Origin: Candidatus Binatia bacterium
GTDB lineage: Bacteria > Desulfobacterota > Binatia > UTPRO1
Direction of reading: 5' to 3'
NCBI GenBank assembly: GCA_041488235.1
Contig: JBGPOW010000002.1
Span: 1 to 62,896 of the forward strand
DNA: 62,896 bases
In this document: positions 53,823 through 61,587 of the stretch, piece after piece
How the letters are laid out: each line of letters opens with the position of its first letter
Position numbering within the stretch: position 1 is the first letter of the stretch
Notes under the pieces: generated by a model
Told to the model about the DNA's origin: nothing
Databases searched by the model: none
What the model saw: the letters and a program-made list of their open reading frames with translations, nothing else
Program-made: the position numbers and the translations under genes

Positions 53823-55715
53823 ATGAGCTTGCAAAGCCACGTGAGCATCTCGTTGGAACGATCGTCGGCCCCGCCGGCGAGCGCCGTGCACGCGTCGGCG
53901 ATCGACTGGCAGCTCCTCGACATCGCGCGACCGACGCCGATCTGGCAGCGGATCGCCGGCGTGATCGGTCTCGTCTTGCTGTCGCCGATCATCATCCTCA
54001 TCGGCCTCGCCACGAAATCGACCAGCCCCGGACCGATCCTCTATCGCGGCCAGCGCGTCGGGCGCGGCGGCAAGAACTTCACGATCTACAAGTTCCGCAC
54101 GCTCGAGGTCGGCGCCGAGCAGAAGATCGGCGCCAGGCTGCTCGAGCACGGCGACGGCCTCTACACTCGGATCGGGCGGTGGTTGAAGCGCGCGAAGCTC
54201 GACGAGATTCCGCAGCTCTTCAACGTCGTGCGCGGCGAGATGAATCTCGTCGGCCCGCGCCCGGTGCGGCCGGTGTTCCTCGAGACGTTCTGCCGCGAGA
54301 TCGGCGGCTACATGCGTCGCTTCGGGGTGAATCCCGGCATGACCGGTCTGGCGCAGGTGCGCGGCGGTTACTTCACGCACCCGCGCGACAAGCTCCGCTA
54401 CGACCTCATCTACATCCGCAACCGCAGCTGGTGGCTGGACGTCAGGCTCGTCACCCTGACGTTCATCAAAGTCTTGAACCGCTGGGCGACGCTCGGTGTC
54501 GTCCTCACGTTGCTCTTCCTCTCGGCCGCGTTGCTCCCGGGCCTCTTCCACTATCCGTTCCAGCTCGACTTCGGCAGCTTCAAGCTGAGCCCGTTCGAGA
54601 TGCTGGTGGCGGTCACGGCGGCGTGGCTGATCGTGCAGCGCTCGCCGCGCCACGAGCTCTGCATGTACGACACCGCGGCGAACAAGCCGATGGCGGTGTT
54701 CGTGTCGTTCGCCGTCTTGGCGGCGTTCTTCTCGCCCGAGCCCGTCTTGGCCCTGCAAGGGATCGCGTACTACGTCGCGACCGGCTTCTGCCTGACGTTT
54801 TTGATCGTCAACACGCGGCTCACGCAGCGCGAGGCCAACTTGGTCGCGAACGTCGTCGGGCTCTCGGCGGTGTCGGTGTCGATGATCGGACTGCTGCAGG
54901 TCGGCCTCGAGAACCAGCTCGGGACGCAAATCGCGCCGCGCATGTCGTCGACGCTCGGCAACCCGGTGCTGCTCGCGACGTACCTCGTGCTCGGACTGCC
55001 GTTTCTCTTGACGCAGATGCTGCACAGCCGGACGCGCGAGCAGCGCGATTTCTGGGTCGGCTGTGCGACCGTGGCGCTGATCGGCGTGTTCCTCACCCAC
55101 ACGCGCATGGGGATCGTCGCCATGGTCGTGACGGTGAGCGTGTTTCTGTGGAAGACCTCGCATCGCTACCTCGGCATCGTGGCGATGGCGGTCGTGATCA
55201 CTCTTACGGTGATGATCGCCGGCCGCGACATGCGCATGTCCGTCCCCGAGGTGACCGCCGAGGCGGTGCGACGCGAGGCGACGGCGGAGCATATCTTCTC
55301 GGCGCCGCCGCTCGAGCTGCTGCTCGGCGTCGGCAGCACGCGGCGGGCGACGACGCCGACGATCTCCGAGCACGATGCGCGCTGGATCTCCACTAGCATG
55401 CACCTGACGCTGATCCGCCAGAATGGCATCGTCGGCTGGGCGCTGATGCTGTGGGTGTTCGGCGCGGTGCTCGCCGCGCTCTACCGCGGGTACGCCGGCA
55501 TTCACGACCCGCACATGCGGCGCATCGTCTGGGCGATCTTCAGCTCGCTCGTCGGCTTCATGATCTCGATGATCGACGCCAACGTGTTCTTCAACGTCAC
55601 GATCCAGATCTACGTCTGGGGTATGATCGGCGTCGGGATGGGGATCATCACCCACTTGAACGGCAGGCGACCGACGTTCCACGTCCTGTGGCGGTTCGGC
55701 GAGCACGGAGATTGA
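53823..55715 (+). CDS. fusion: monotopic phosphoglycosyl transferase (bacterial sugar transferase) + Wzy_C/O-antigen-ligase-like polytopic domain
   Basis: Residues ~40-225 carry ILYRGQRVGRGGKNFTIYKFRTL, DEIPQLFNVVRGEMNLVGPRP and PGMTGLAQV. Residues ~230-630 hold about 10 TM helices, including FLTHTRMGIVAMVV. Confidence 0.85.
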   Translation: MSLQSHVSISLERSSAPPASAVHASAIDWQLLDIARPTPIWQRIAGVIGLVLLSPIIILIGLATKSTSPGPILYRGQRVGRGGKNFTIYKFRTLEVGAEQKIGARLLEHGDGLYTRIGRWLKRAKLDEIPQLFNVVRGEMNLVGPRPVRPVFLETFCREIGGYMRRFGVNPGMTGLAQVRGGYFTHPRDKLRYDLIYIRNRSWWLDVRLVTLTFIKVLNRWATLGVVLTLLFLSAALLPGLFHYPFQLDFGSFKLSPFEMLVAVTAAWLIVQRSPRHELCMYDTAANKPMAVFVSFAVLAAFFSPEPVLALQGIAYYVATGFCLTFLIVNTRLTQREANLVANVVGLSAVSVSMIGLLQVGLENQLGTQIAPRMSSTLGNPVLLATYLVLGLPFLLTQMLHSRTREQRDFWVGCATVALIGVFLTHTRMGIVAMVVTVSVFLWKTSHRYLGIVAMAVVITLTVMIAGRDMRMSVPEVTAEAVRREATAEHIFSAPPLELLLGVGSTRRATTPTISEHDARWISTSMHLTLIRQNGIVGWALMLWVFGAVLAALYRGYAGIHDPHMRRIVWAIFSSLVGFMISMIDANVFFNVTIQIYVWGMIGVGMGIITHLNGRRPTFHVLWRFGEHGD

Positions 55716-55716
55716 G

Positions 55717-56754
55717 ATGAGCATGCCCGGACGTCGCGACGACGCCGTGCCGCAGACGCTGCCGCGGATCTCCGTCGTCATCCCCGTCTACAATGCCGAG
55801 AAGCTCCTCGACGAGTGCTTGACGGCGCTGCGTGCGAGCGACGGCGCGGAGTACGAGATCGTCGTCGTCGACGACAGCTCGACGGATCGGTCGCGGGACG
55901 TTGCCGCTGCCGCCGGCTGTCGCATCGTGCCGAGCGGCGGCCGCCTCGGCCCGGCGGGCGCGCGCAATTGCGGCGCGCGCGAAGCAAACGGCGACGTCGT
56001 GTTCTTCGTCGACTCGGACGTGATCGTGCGGCCCCACACGCTCCGCCGCCTGGCGGAGACGTTCGCCGCCGACCCGACGCTCGACGGCGTGATCGCGGTG
56101 CAAGCGCCCGCGATGCGCTTCCGGAACGCGTGCAGCCACTACAAGAACATGTGGATGTACTACACGCACGTCCGCAAGGCGGGCGAGGACGTGTCGGTCT
56201 TCTACACGACGGCGGCGGCGATCCGTCGCCAGTCGTTCCTCGACTCGGGCGGGTTCGATCCGAACTACACGAACCCGAATATCGAGGACACGGACTTCGG
56301 ACAGAAGCTCGCCCGCCTCGGGTATCGCGTACGCGTCGCGCCGGACCTCGAGGTCGAGCACGTGAAGGGCTACGACCTACGCGGGCTCCTGCGAACCGAC
56401 TTTCTCCGCGCGATGTCGCTCGCGCGTCTCAAGCTCCGCAAGCGCGCGGACACGATGGGGAAGAACGATACCTCGGTGCCGACCGGCTACATCGTCAGCA
56501 TGCCACTCGCCATGCTCGCCGCTGTGCTGCTCGTCGTCGCGCTCGCGACTGGCAGCCCACTTGCGTGCGTCGCAACGTTTCTCGCACTCGCGACCATTTT
56601 CGTGCTAAACCTGCCGTTCCTGCGCCTCGTACGAACGCATGGCGGCCCCGCCAGCTTCGCGTTCGGGACGGCTATTCTGTTCGTCGAGTTGCTCACCGCC
56701 GGGGCCGGCGGGATCTACGGCATCGCGACCTTCATCGCCGGCAAGAAGTACTAG
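55717..56754 (+). CDS. GT2-family glycosyltransferase with C-terminal TM helices
   Basis: ISVVIPVYNAE, VVVDDSSTD, GPAGARNCG, and the D-x-D motif FFVDSDV. About 3 C-terminal TM helices. Confidence 0.88.
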   Translation: MSMPGRRDDAVPQTLPRISVVIPVYNAEKLLDECLTALRASDGAEYEIVVVDDSSTDRSRDVAAAAGCRIVPSGGRLGPAGARNCGAREANGDVVFFVDSDVIVRPHTLRRLAETFAADPTLDGVIAVQAPAMRFRNACSHYKNMWMYYTHVRKAGEDVSVFYTTAAAIRRQSFLDSGGFDPNYTNPNIEDTDFGQKLARLGYRVRVAPDLEVEHVKGYDLRGLLRTDFLRAMSLARLKLRKRADTMGKNDTSVPTGYIVSMPLAMLAAVLLVVALATGSPLACVATFLALATIFVLNLPFLRLVRTHGGPASFAFGTAILFVELLTAGAGGIYGIATFIAGKKY

Positions 56755-56767
56755 GAGGATCTCCCAG

Positions 56768-58060
56768 ATGGGCTACCTGGATTACCTGCGTCACGGGAAG
56801 AACATGTTCGCGAAGAAGGGCGCCATGCCGATCTACATGGTGTACTTCATCACCGACGCCTGTAACGCGAAGTGCAAGCACTGTCTCCTCGCCGACGGCG
56901 CGCATCCCGGATGGGAAACGCCGACGATGGAGTTCAAGCGCAAGGAGCTCTCGCTCGAGGAGGTCGACAAGATCACCGCGAGCATGGGGAAGAGCCTCAT
57001 GTTCCTCCTGCCGACGGGCGGCGAGCCGTTTCTCCGCAAGGATATCGGCGAGATCGTCAAGATCTTCTACAAGAACACCGGCGTGCGAAACGTCGGCATC
57101 CCGACGAACGGCAGCACGGTGTCGCGTACGTTGAAGATCGTCGAGGACGTCCTGCAGTCGTGTCCCGATCTCGACTTCAGCATCGACGTGTCGCTCGACG
57201 GCGTCGGCGCGCTGCACGACGAGATCCGCGTCTTTCCCGGTCTGTTCGAGCGCTCGATCCAGACCTACCGCGAGCTGAAGAAGCTCTCGAAGCACTACAA
57301 GAAGCTCACGGTGAACATCGAGACGACGGTCTCGTCGCACAACGACAAGCACCTGATGGAGAACTACGCCTACTTCCGTCGCGAGCTCGAGGTCGACAAC
57401 GTCTTCACCTTGCTCACCCGCGGCAGCCCGAAGGAGTCGATCGCGAAGTTCTTCGACGTGAAGCGCTACGAGGAGTACGCCGACGTCATCGAGAAGGACA
57501 TGAAGAGCGGCTCGCTCTCGGGCTATGACAACTTCCCGTTCGCCGACTTCATCAACGCGAAGCGCATCGTCCGCCATCGCCTGATCGCGGAGATCGCGAA
57601 GACGAACACCTATCAGATCCCGTGCTTCGCCGGCAGCCTCGGCGCCTGCATGTTCGCGAACGGCGACGTCTACCCGTGCGAGCTGCTCATCGACCGCAAG
57701 CTCGGCAACGTCCGCGAGAACGATTACGACTTCAAGAAGATCTGGTACGGCAAGAAAGCCGACGAGGCCCGCAAGTTCATCCGCGACACGAAGTGCTTCT
57801 GTACTTACGAGTGCTTCCTCACCGTGAACATTCTCTTCAACCCGCGCATGATGCCGAAGATCCTCCGCGAGTGGGGCAGCCTCAAGCTCGGCAAGCTGCG
57901 GCGTAAGCTGACCGGCGCGAAACCGGCCGCGTCGGCGATCACGAGCCACGCGACGAACGGGCACGCGTGCATCAACGGGGCGATTCAGTCTCACAATGCG
58001 CGCGTCCTCAACGGCGCGGCGCATCCGAGCGAGCCGCCTTCGGACGAGGCGCGAGTCTAG
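56768..58060 (+). CDS. radical SAM enzyme with SPASM/twitch-like C-terminal Cys cluster
   Basis: CNAKCKHC (C-x3-C-x2-C) near the N-terminus, a GGEPF motif, and C-terminal cysteines (CFAGSLGAC...YPCE...CFCTYEC). SD AGGAGGA lies 8 nt before ATG 56768. Lys-rich and of lower GC than its neighbours. Confidence 0.88.
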   Translation: MGYLDYLRHGKNMFAKKGAMPIYMVYFITDACNAKCKHCLLADGAHPGWETPTMEFKRKELSLEEVDKITASMGKSLMFLLPTGGEPFLRKDIGEIVKIFYKNTGVRNVGIPTNGSTVSRTLKIVEDVLQSCPDLDFSIDVSLDGVGALHDEIRVFPGLFERSIQTYRELKKLSKHYKKLTVNIETTVSSHNDKHLMENYAYFRRELEVDNVFTLLTRGSPKESIAKFFDVKRYEEYADVIEKDMKSGSLSGYDNFPFADFINAKRIVRHRLIAEIAKTNTYQIPCFAGSLGACMFANGDVYPCELLIDRKLGNVRENDYDFKKIWYGKKADEARKFIRDTKCFCTYECFLTVNILFNPRMMPKILREWGSLKLGKLRRKLTGAKPAASAITSHATNGHACINGAIQSHNARVLNGAAHPSEPPSDEARV

Positions 58061-58080
58061 GCCTCGGCCACGTTCTTCGC

Positions 58081-58172
58081 GTCGGGCATCACGACGAGGG
58101 GTCCTGCACGCCGCGTGCGCAAAAGGTTCAGTGCGCACAACGCGCGCAGGACCCCTCGTCGTGATGCCCGAC
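58081..58172. repeat. 27-bp perfect inverted repeat enclosing a nested 7-bp hairpin; probable operon-end structure
   Basis: GTCGGGCATCACGACGAGGGGTCCTGC (58081-58107) is the exact reverse complement of 58146-58172. The 38-nt spacer contains GTGCGCA-N10-TGCGCAC. It begins 20 nt after the radical SAM stop, and no T-tract follows. Confidence 0.8.
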
Positions 58173-58381
58173 GGGTAGGACGTGGACGGGACGGCGGAGT
58201 CGCACGGCTTCGTGGCGGCTGCGTTCAGCGCCGCTCGCTGCGCTCGCGGGGATCGAAGCGGCGAAAACAATCGCAAGCAAGTTTCCGGGGAGCGCGCGGC
58301 GTTCGGCCGTGGCAGAGTAGGGAGTCATGGGTCTTGATCGGGTCTTTGTGATCGTCGACGGCGGCGCGGTGGGGGGCTGAC

Positions 58382-58984
58382 TTGGCGTTGCCGATTGCGC
58401 ATGGGGCGGCTGGGTATTTGGTGCACCGGCTGGATTCGCGGAACCGTGCTGCTGGATGGTGGCGGGCGGTGGCGTTTGTCGTGATCGGGAATCTGCCGGA
58501 CGTCGATTTCCTGTTCGGGTTTTTCGGTGGGGAGCCCGGGGCATACCATCGCGGCTTTACGCACACGCTGCTCGCGGCGCTTGTCTTCGGTGCGGCGGCC
58601 GGCACGTTCGTGTGGTGGCGGCGACACGACCGCTGGCGGCCGGCGGCGCTGCTCTGCGCCGCGGCGTACGCGTCGCACCTCCTGCTGGACGCGTTCACGG
58701 AGGACCGACGCGGTGCCGCGGGTGCGCGCTTCTTCTGGCCGCTCTCCGACTCGTACTACATCTCACCGGTCACGATCTTCCACGAGATCTTCATCGACGG
58801 CGGCTCGCGTCTCGGCTTCGTCCGTAGCATCCTCGCCTGGCCGACCCTCTGGGTGCTGGCGCGCGAGGCGGCGATCGTGGTGATCGCGCTCGCGTCGGTG
58901 CGGATCTTCGAGCTCGTGCGCGCTGCGCGCCGAGAGTCGGCGCTCGGCGATCTCGCGGCGAGCGGCGAGGAGGATCTCGCCTGA
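58382..58984 (+). CDS. membrane-bound metal-dependent hydrolase (YdjM/DUF457 family)
   Basis: PIAHGAAGY...NLPDVDFL...HRGFTHTLL...SHLLLDAF is a His/Asp pattern typical of YdjM-like proteins. TTG start. Confidence 0.65.
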   Translation: MALPIAHGAAGYLVHRLDSRNRAAGWWRAVAFVVIGNLPDVDFLFGFFGGEPGAYHRGFTHTLLAALVFGAAAGTFVWWRRHDRWRPAALLCAAAYASHLLLDAFTEDRRGAAGARFFWPLSDSYYISPVTIFHEIFIDGGSRLGFVRSILAWPTLWVLAREAAIVVIALASVRIFELVRAARRESALGDLAASGEEDLA

Positions 58985-59034
58985 TCGGCTGGTGGCCGCT
59001 CGGCGCCTACGTCGGCCTGGCGGCCGCGCTGTTC

Positions 59035-59544
59035 GTGCGCTTCGAGGATCCGGCGCGGCGTCGCCACCACGCAACCGATCTCGTCGCGAGCGTCACCGAT
59101 GTGCGACTGGTGCGCGCCCAACACCGGATCTTCTACGCGTTGCTCCTCGCCGCGCCCGTCGAGTGGTGGTGGCGAGGGCGGCCGGCCGCATGGGGACAAC
59201 TGGTCGGCGCGACGGTCTTTCTCGCCGGCGTCGCCGGATACCGCGTCGCCGGCGCGGTACTGGGCGACCAGCTCTCGCCGCTCGTCGCGCCGCGCGAGCC
59301 CGCACGCTTGATCGACGACGGACCGTATCGCCGCGTTCGCCATCCGATGTACGTCGCCGAGCTGGCGATGACGGTGGGCGCGCCGTGGACGCTCGGCGCG
59401 TGGGTGAGCGTGCTCCTTGCCGTGGCGTTCGCGGCCCTGGTGCCGTACCGGATCGCCGTCGAGGAGCGTGCGCTTCGTGCGCGCATTCCGGAGTACGCTG
59501 CGTATGCGGCACGAACGTATCGTTTGATTCCGTATGTCTATTGA
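59035..59544 (+). CDS. isoprenylcysteine carboxyl methyltransferase (ICMT)/phospholipid methyltransferase-family membrane protein
   Basis: GPYRRVRHPMYVAEL followed by a C-terminal ...EERAL motif. The in-frame upstream sequence (LIGWWPLGAYVGLAAALF) looks like a TM helix, so the true start may lie further 5' at a non-canonical codon. Confidence 0.7.
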   Translation: MRFEDPARRRHHATDLVASVTDVRLVRAQHRIFYALLLAAPVEWWWRGRPAAWGQLVGATVFLAGVAGYRVAGAVLGDQLSPLVAPREPARLIDDGPYRRVRHPMYVAELAMTVGAPWTLGAWVSVLLAVAFAALVPYRIAVEERALRARIPEYAAYAARTYRLIPYVY

Positions 59545-59659
59545 GCACGACGACATCGAAGAGAGCGCGGGAAGTCGCCCGTCGCTCGGGGTGACGCTCT
59601 TCGTCCTCGGCTGGGCGGCGGTCGTCTACGCGTCGTATCTCGCCGGGTATCTGCACTGA
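59534..59659 (+). CDS. 41-aa single-TM small protein (not in the ORF track), coupled to the GT-C gene
   Basis: Hand translation gives MSIEHDDIEESAGSRPSLGVTLFVLGWAAVVYASYLAGYLH*. Its TGA (59657-59659) shares one base with the ATG (59659-59661) of the next gene. Confidence 0.35.
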   Translation: MSIEHDDIEESAGSRPSLGVTLFVLGWAAVVYASYLAGYLH

Positions 59660-61587
59660 TGGTGGATCTCGGTATCCTCGCCGTGCTGCTGCTCGTCGCC
59701 TACGGCGTCGGCGCCCGCCTATTGCGTGCCGTGCCGTTCGAGTGGGCACTCGAGGAGACGCTCTTCGCGATCGCGCTCGCGCTCGGGCTTCTGGCGTATG
59801 CCACCCTCGCGCTCGCCGAGGCGTCGCTTCTCGGCCGGCCGGCGCTGCTCGCGCTCGTCGGCGCCGGCGGCATCTTCGGGTGGCGGCAGATCGTCGGCGG
59901 TCTCGCGCGCGGCGCGCGCGGAGCGCGCCGTTGGTGGCAGGCGGGGCCGAGCCGCAGTGAGAGCGCGGCGATCGCCCTCGGCGCGGTCGTCGTGGCGGCC
60001 GAGGCGATCATGGCGTTCGCGCCGCCGGTCGGCGGCGACCAGACGAAGTACCAGCTCGTCTATCCGCGCCTCTGGGCCGAAGCGCATCGCGTGGTGGCGA
60101 CGCCGTGGAGCTTCTGGGGGTACGTCCAGTACCTGATGAATCTCCTCTACGCTGCCGCGTTCGCGCTCCGCGGCGACGTCCTGGCGCGGCTCCTGAACGA
60201 CACCTACGGCGTGCTGTTGGCGCTCGCGATCTTCGCGGTCGGACGGCGCGCGTTCTCGCGGCAAACCGGCATCTGGGCGGCGCTTCTCTTCCTCACGATG
60301 CCGCTCACAGCGAGCTTGATGATGCGCGCGTGGGTCGAGTTCGCGCTCACGCTGTACGTCGTCCTCGCCGTCATCGCGATCATGGCGTGGCGGCGAACGG
60401 AAGCGACCCCGTGGCTCGCCCTCGGCGCGGTCATGGCGGGATTTGCCGGCGGCACGAAGCTCATCGCGCTGCTCGCCCCGGCGCTGCTCGGCATCGTCAT
60501 TCTGACGCACCTCCTGCGCCGCTACGGACGCGTCGCGGTGCCGGCGGCGCTCGCGACCGTGGTCGCATTCGGCCTCGTCGCCGCGCTCGTCGCATCGCCG
60601 TGCTACGTCCGCAACGCGGTCGAGACCGGCAACCCCATTTACCCGTTCGGTTACGGCGTGTTCGGCGGTCGCAACTGGAGCGCCGATGCCGCGCGCGGCC
60701 TCGACGCCTATTACGCGGCGTACCGCGAGACGCAGGCGGCGCGTCACGGCGTGCGCGCGCACGGCTACGATGCCTGGTGGCACGCGCTACGCTTTCCGTG
60801 GGACGTGACGATGGCGCCGTACTCGTTCGAGGAAGTCGGACGCTCGGCGTACGACGTCGGGCCGTTCGTACTCGCGTTCGCGCCCGGACTGTTGCTGTTG
60901 CGGCGCGGCGGCAGCGCGTGGCTGCTCGCCGGCTTCGCGGTGGCGTACGGGGCAGTCGTCGTGTTCGGGATGTGGGCGCACCCGCGCTACGTCCATCCGG
61001 CGCTCGTGCTCCTGCTCGTCGTCGGTGTCGCCGCGACGGCACGCCTACGCGCCTACGGCCCGCTGGCGGCGCGCGCCGTGACCGCGCTCCTCGCGGCGAC
61101 GGTGCTCGTCCAGGCGGCGCTCAGCGCGCGCGTCTTGGCGCCGCTCTGGCCGGACAGTGCGCGCGTGGCGTTCGGACGCATGAGCCGCGACGCTTTCTTG
61201 CGCCGAAACGAGCGCCACTACGCGCTGGCGACGCTGGTCCACGAGCAGGTGCCTCCCGACGGCAATGTCCTCGTGCTCGGGATGATCCCGCATCCGTACT
61301 ATTACGTCGGCCGTCGGTTCACGCTCGCCAGCCCGCTCGAACAGGGCGCCATCGACTACTGGAGAATGCAGACGTTGGACGATTTCCTCGCCGCGATTCG
61401 TGCCTTCGGCGTGACCCACGTCGTGCGCGAGACCGATCCCGACAAGCGGGCGACGAATCCCGTCGGCGCGCACGTGCTGCAGCTCTGGGACGAGCTGCTC
61501 GCGCGCTCGGAGCGGCTCGGCGGCGACGACAGCGGGGCGCTGTACCGTCTCGCGCCTGCGGTCGCGCATGCGGGGGGGCCGTCGTGA
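59659..61587 (+). CDS. GT-C-fold glycosyltransferase-like polytopic membrane protein (ArnT/PMT-like)
   Basis: 642 aa. About 11-12 TM helices with an early periplasmic loop (PPVGGDQTKY) and a ~130-aa soluble C-terminal domain. Assigned from architecture only. Confidence 0.6.
   Translation: MVDLGILAVLLLVAYGVGARLLRAVPFEWALEETLFAIALALGLLAYATLALAEASLLGRPALLALVGAGGIFGWRQIVGGLARGARGARRWWQAGPSRSESAAIALGAVVVAAEAIMAFAPPVGGDQTKYQLVYPRLWAEAHRVVATPWSFWGYVQYLMNLLYAAAFALRGDVLARLLNDTYGVLLALAIFAVGRRAFSRQTGIWAALLFLTMPLTASLMMRAWVEFALTLYVVLAVIAIMAWRRTEATPWLALGAVMAGFAGGTKLIALLAPALLGIVILTHLLRRYGRVAVPAALATVVAFGLVAALVASPCYVRNAVETGNPIYPFGYGVFGGRNWSADAARGLDAYYAAYRETQAARHGVRAHGYDAWWHALRFPWDVTMAPYSFEEVGRSAYDVGPFVLAFAPGLLLLRRGGSAWLLAGFAVAYGAVVVFGMWAHPRYVHPALVLLLVVGVAATARLRAYGPLAARAVTALLAATVLVQAALSARVLAPLWPDSARVAFGRMSRDAFLRRNERHYALATLVHEQVPPDGNVLVLGMIPHPYYYVGRRFTLASPLEQGAIDYWRMQTLDDFLAAIRAFGVTHVVRETDPDKRATNPVGAHVLQLWDELLARSERLGGDDSGALYRLAPAVAHAGGPS

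Noticed and set aside
53595-55781. 728-aa minus-strand ORF; similar long antisense ORFs at 50096-52012, 51912-53483, 36636-38189, 40161-41648, 56732-58276, 31572-32786, 33440-34834, 45361-46827 and 136-930
   Set aside because: Each overlaps a family-recognisable CDS on the opposite strand and has Arg/Asp/His/Pro-skewed, motif-free sequence. I treated them as GC-driven open frames.
58327-58380. 17-aa ORF (MGLDRVFVIVDGGAVGG) with an AGGGAG SD, 1 nt before the YdjM-like gene start; considered as a radical SAM precursor peptide or leader peptide
   Set aside because: It is too short and Gly/Val-rich to judge, and a 92-nt inverted repeat and 150 nt separate it from the radical SAM gene. No Cys/Ser/Thr-rich core typical of SPASM substrates is present. 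It may still be a uORF of the downstream gene.
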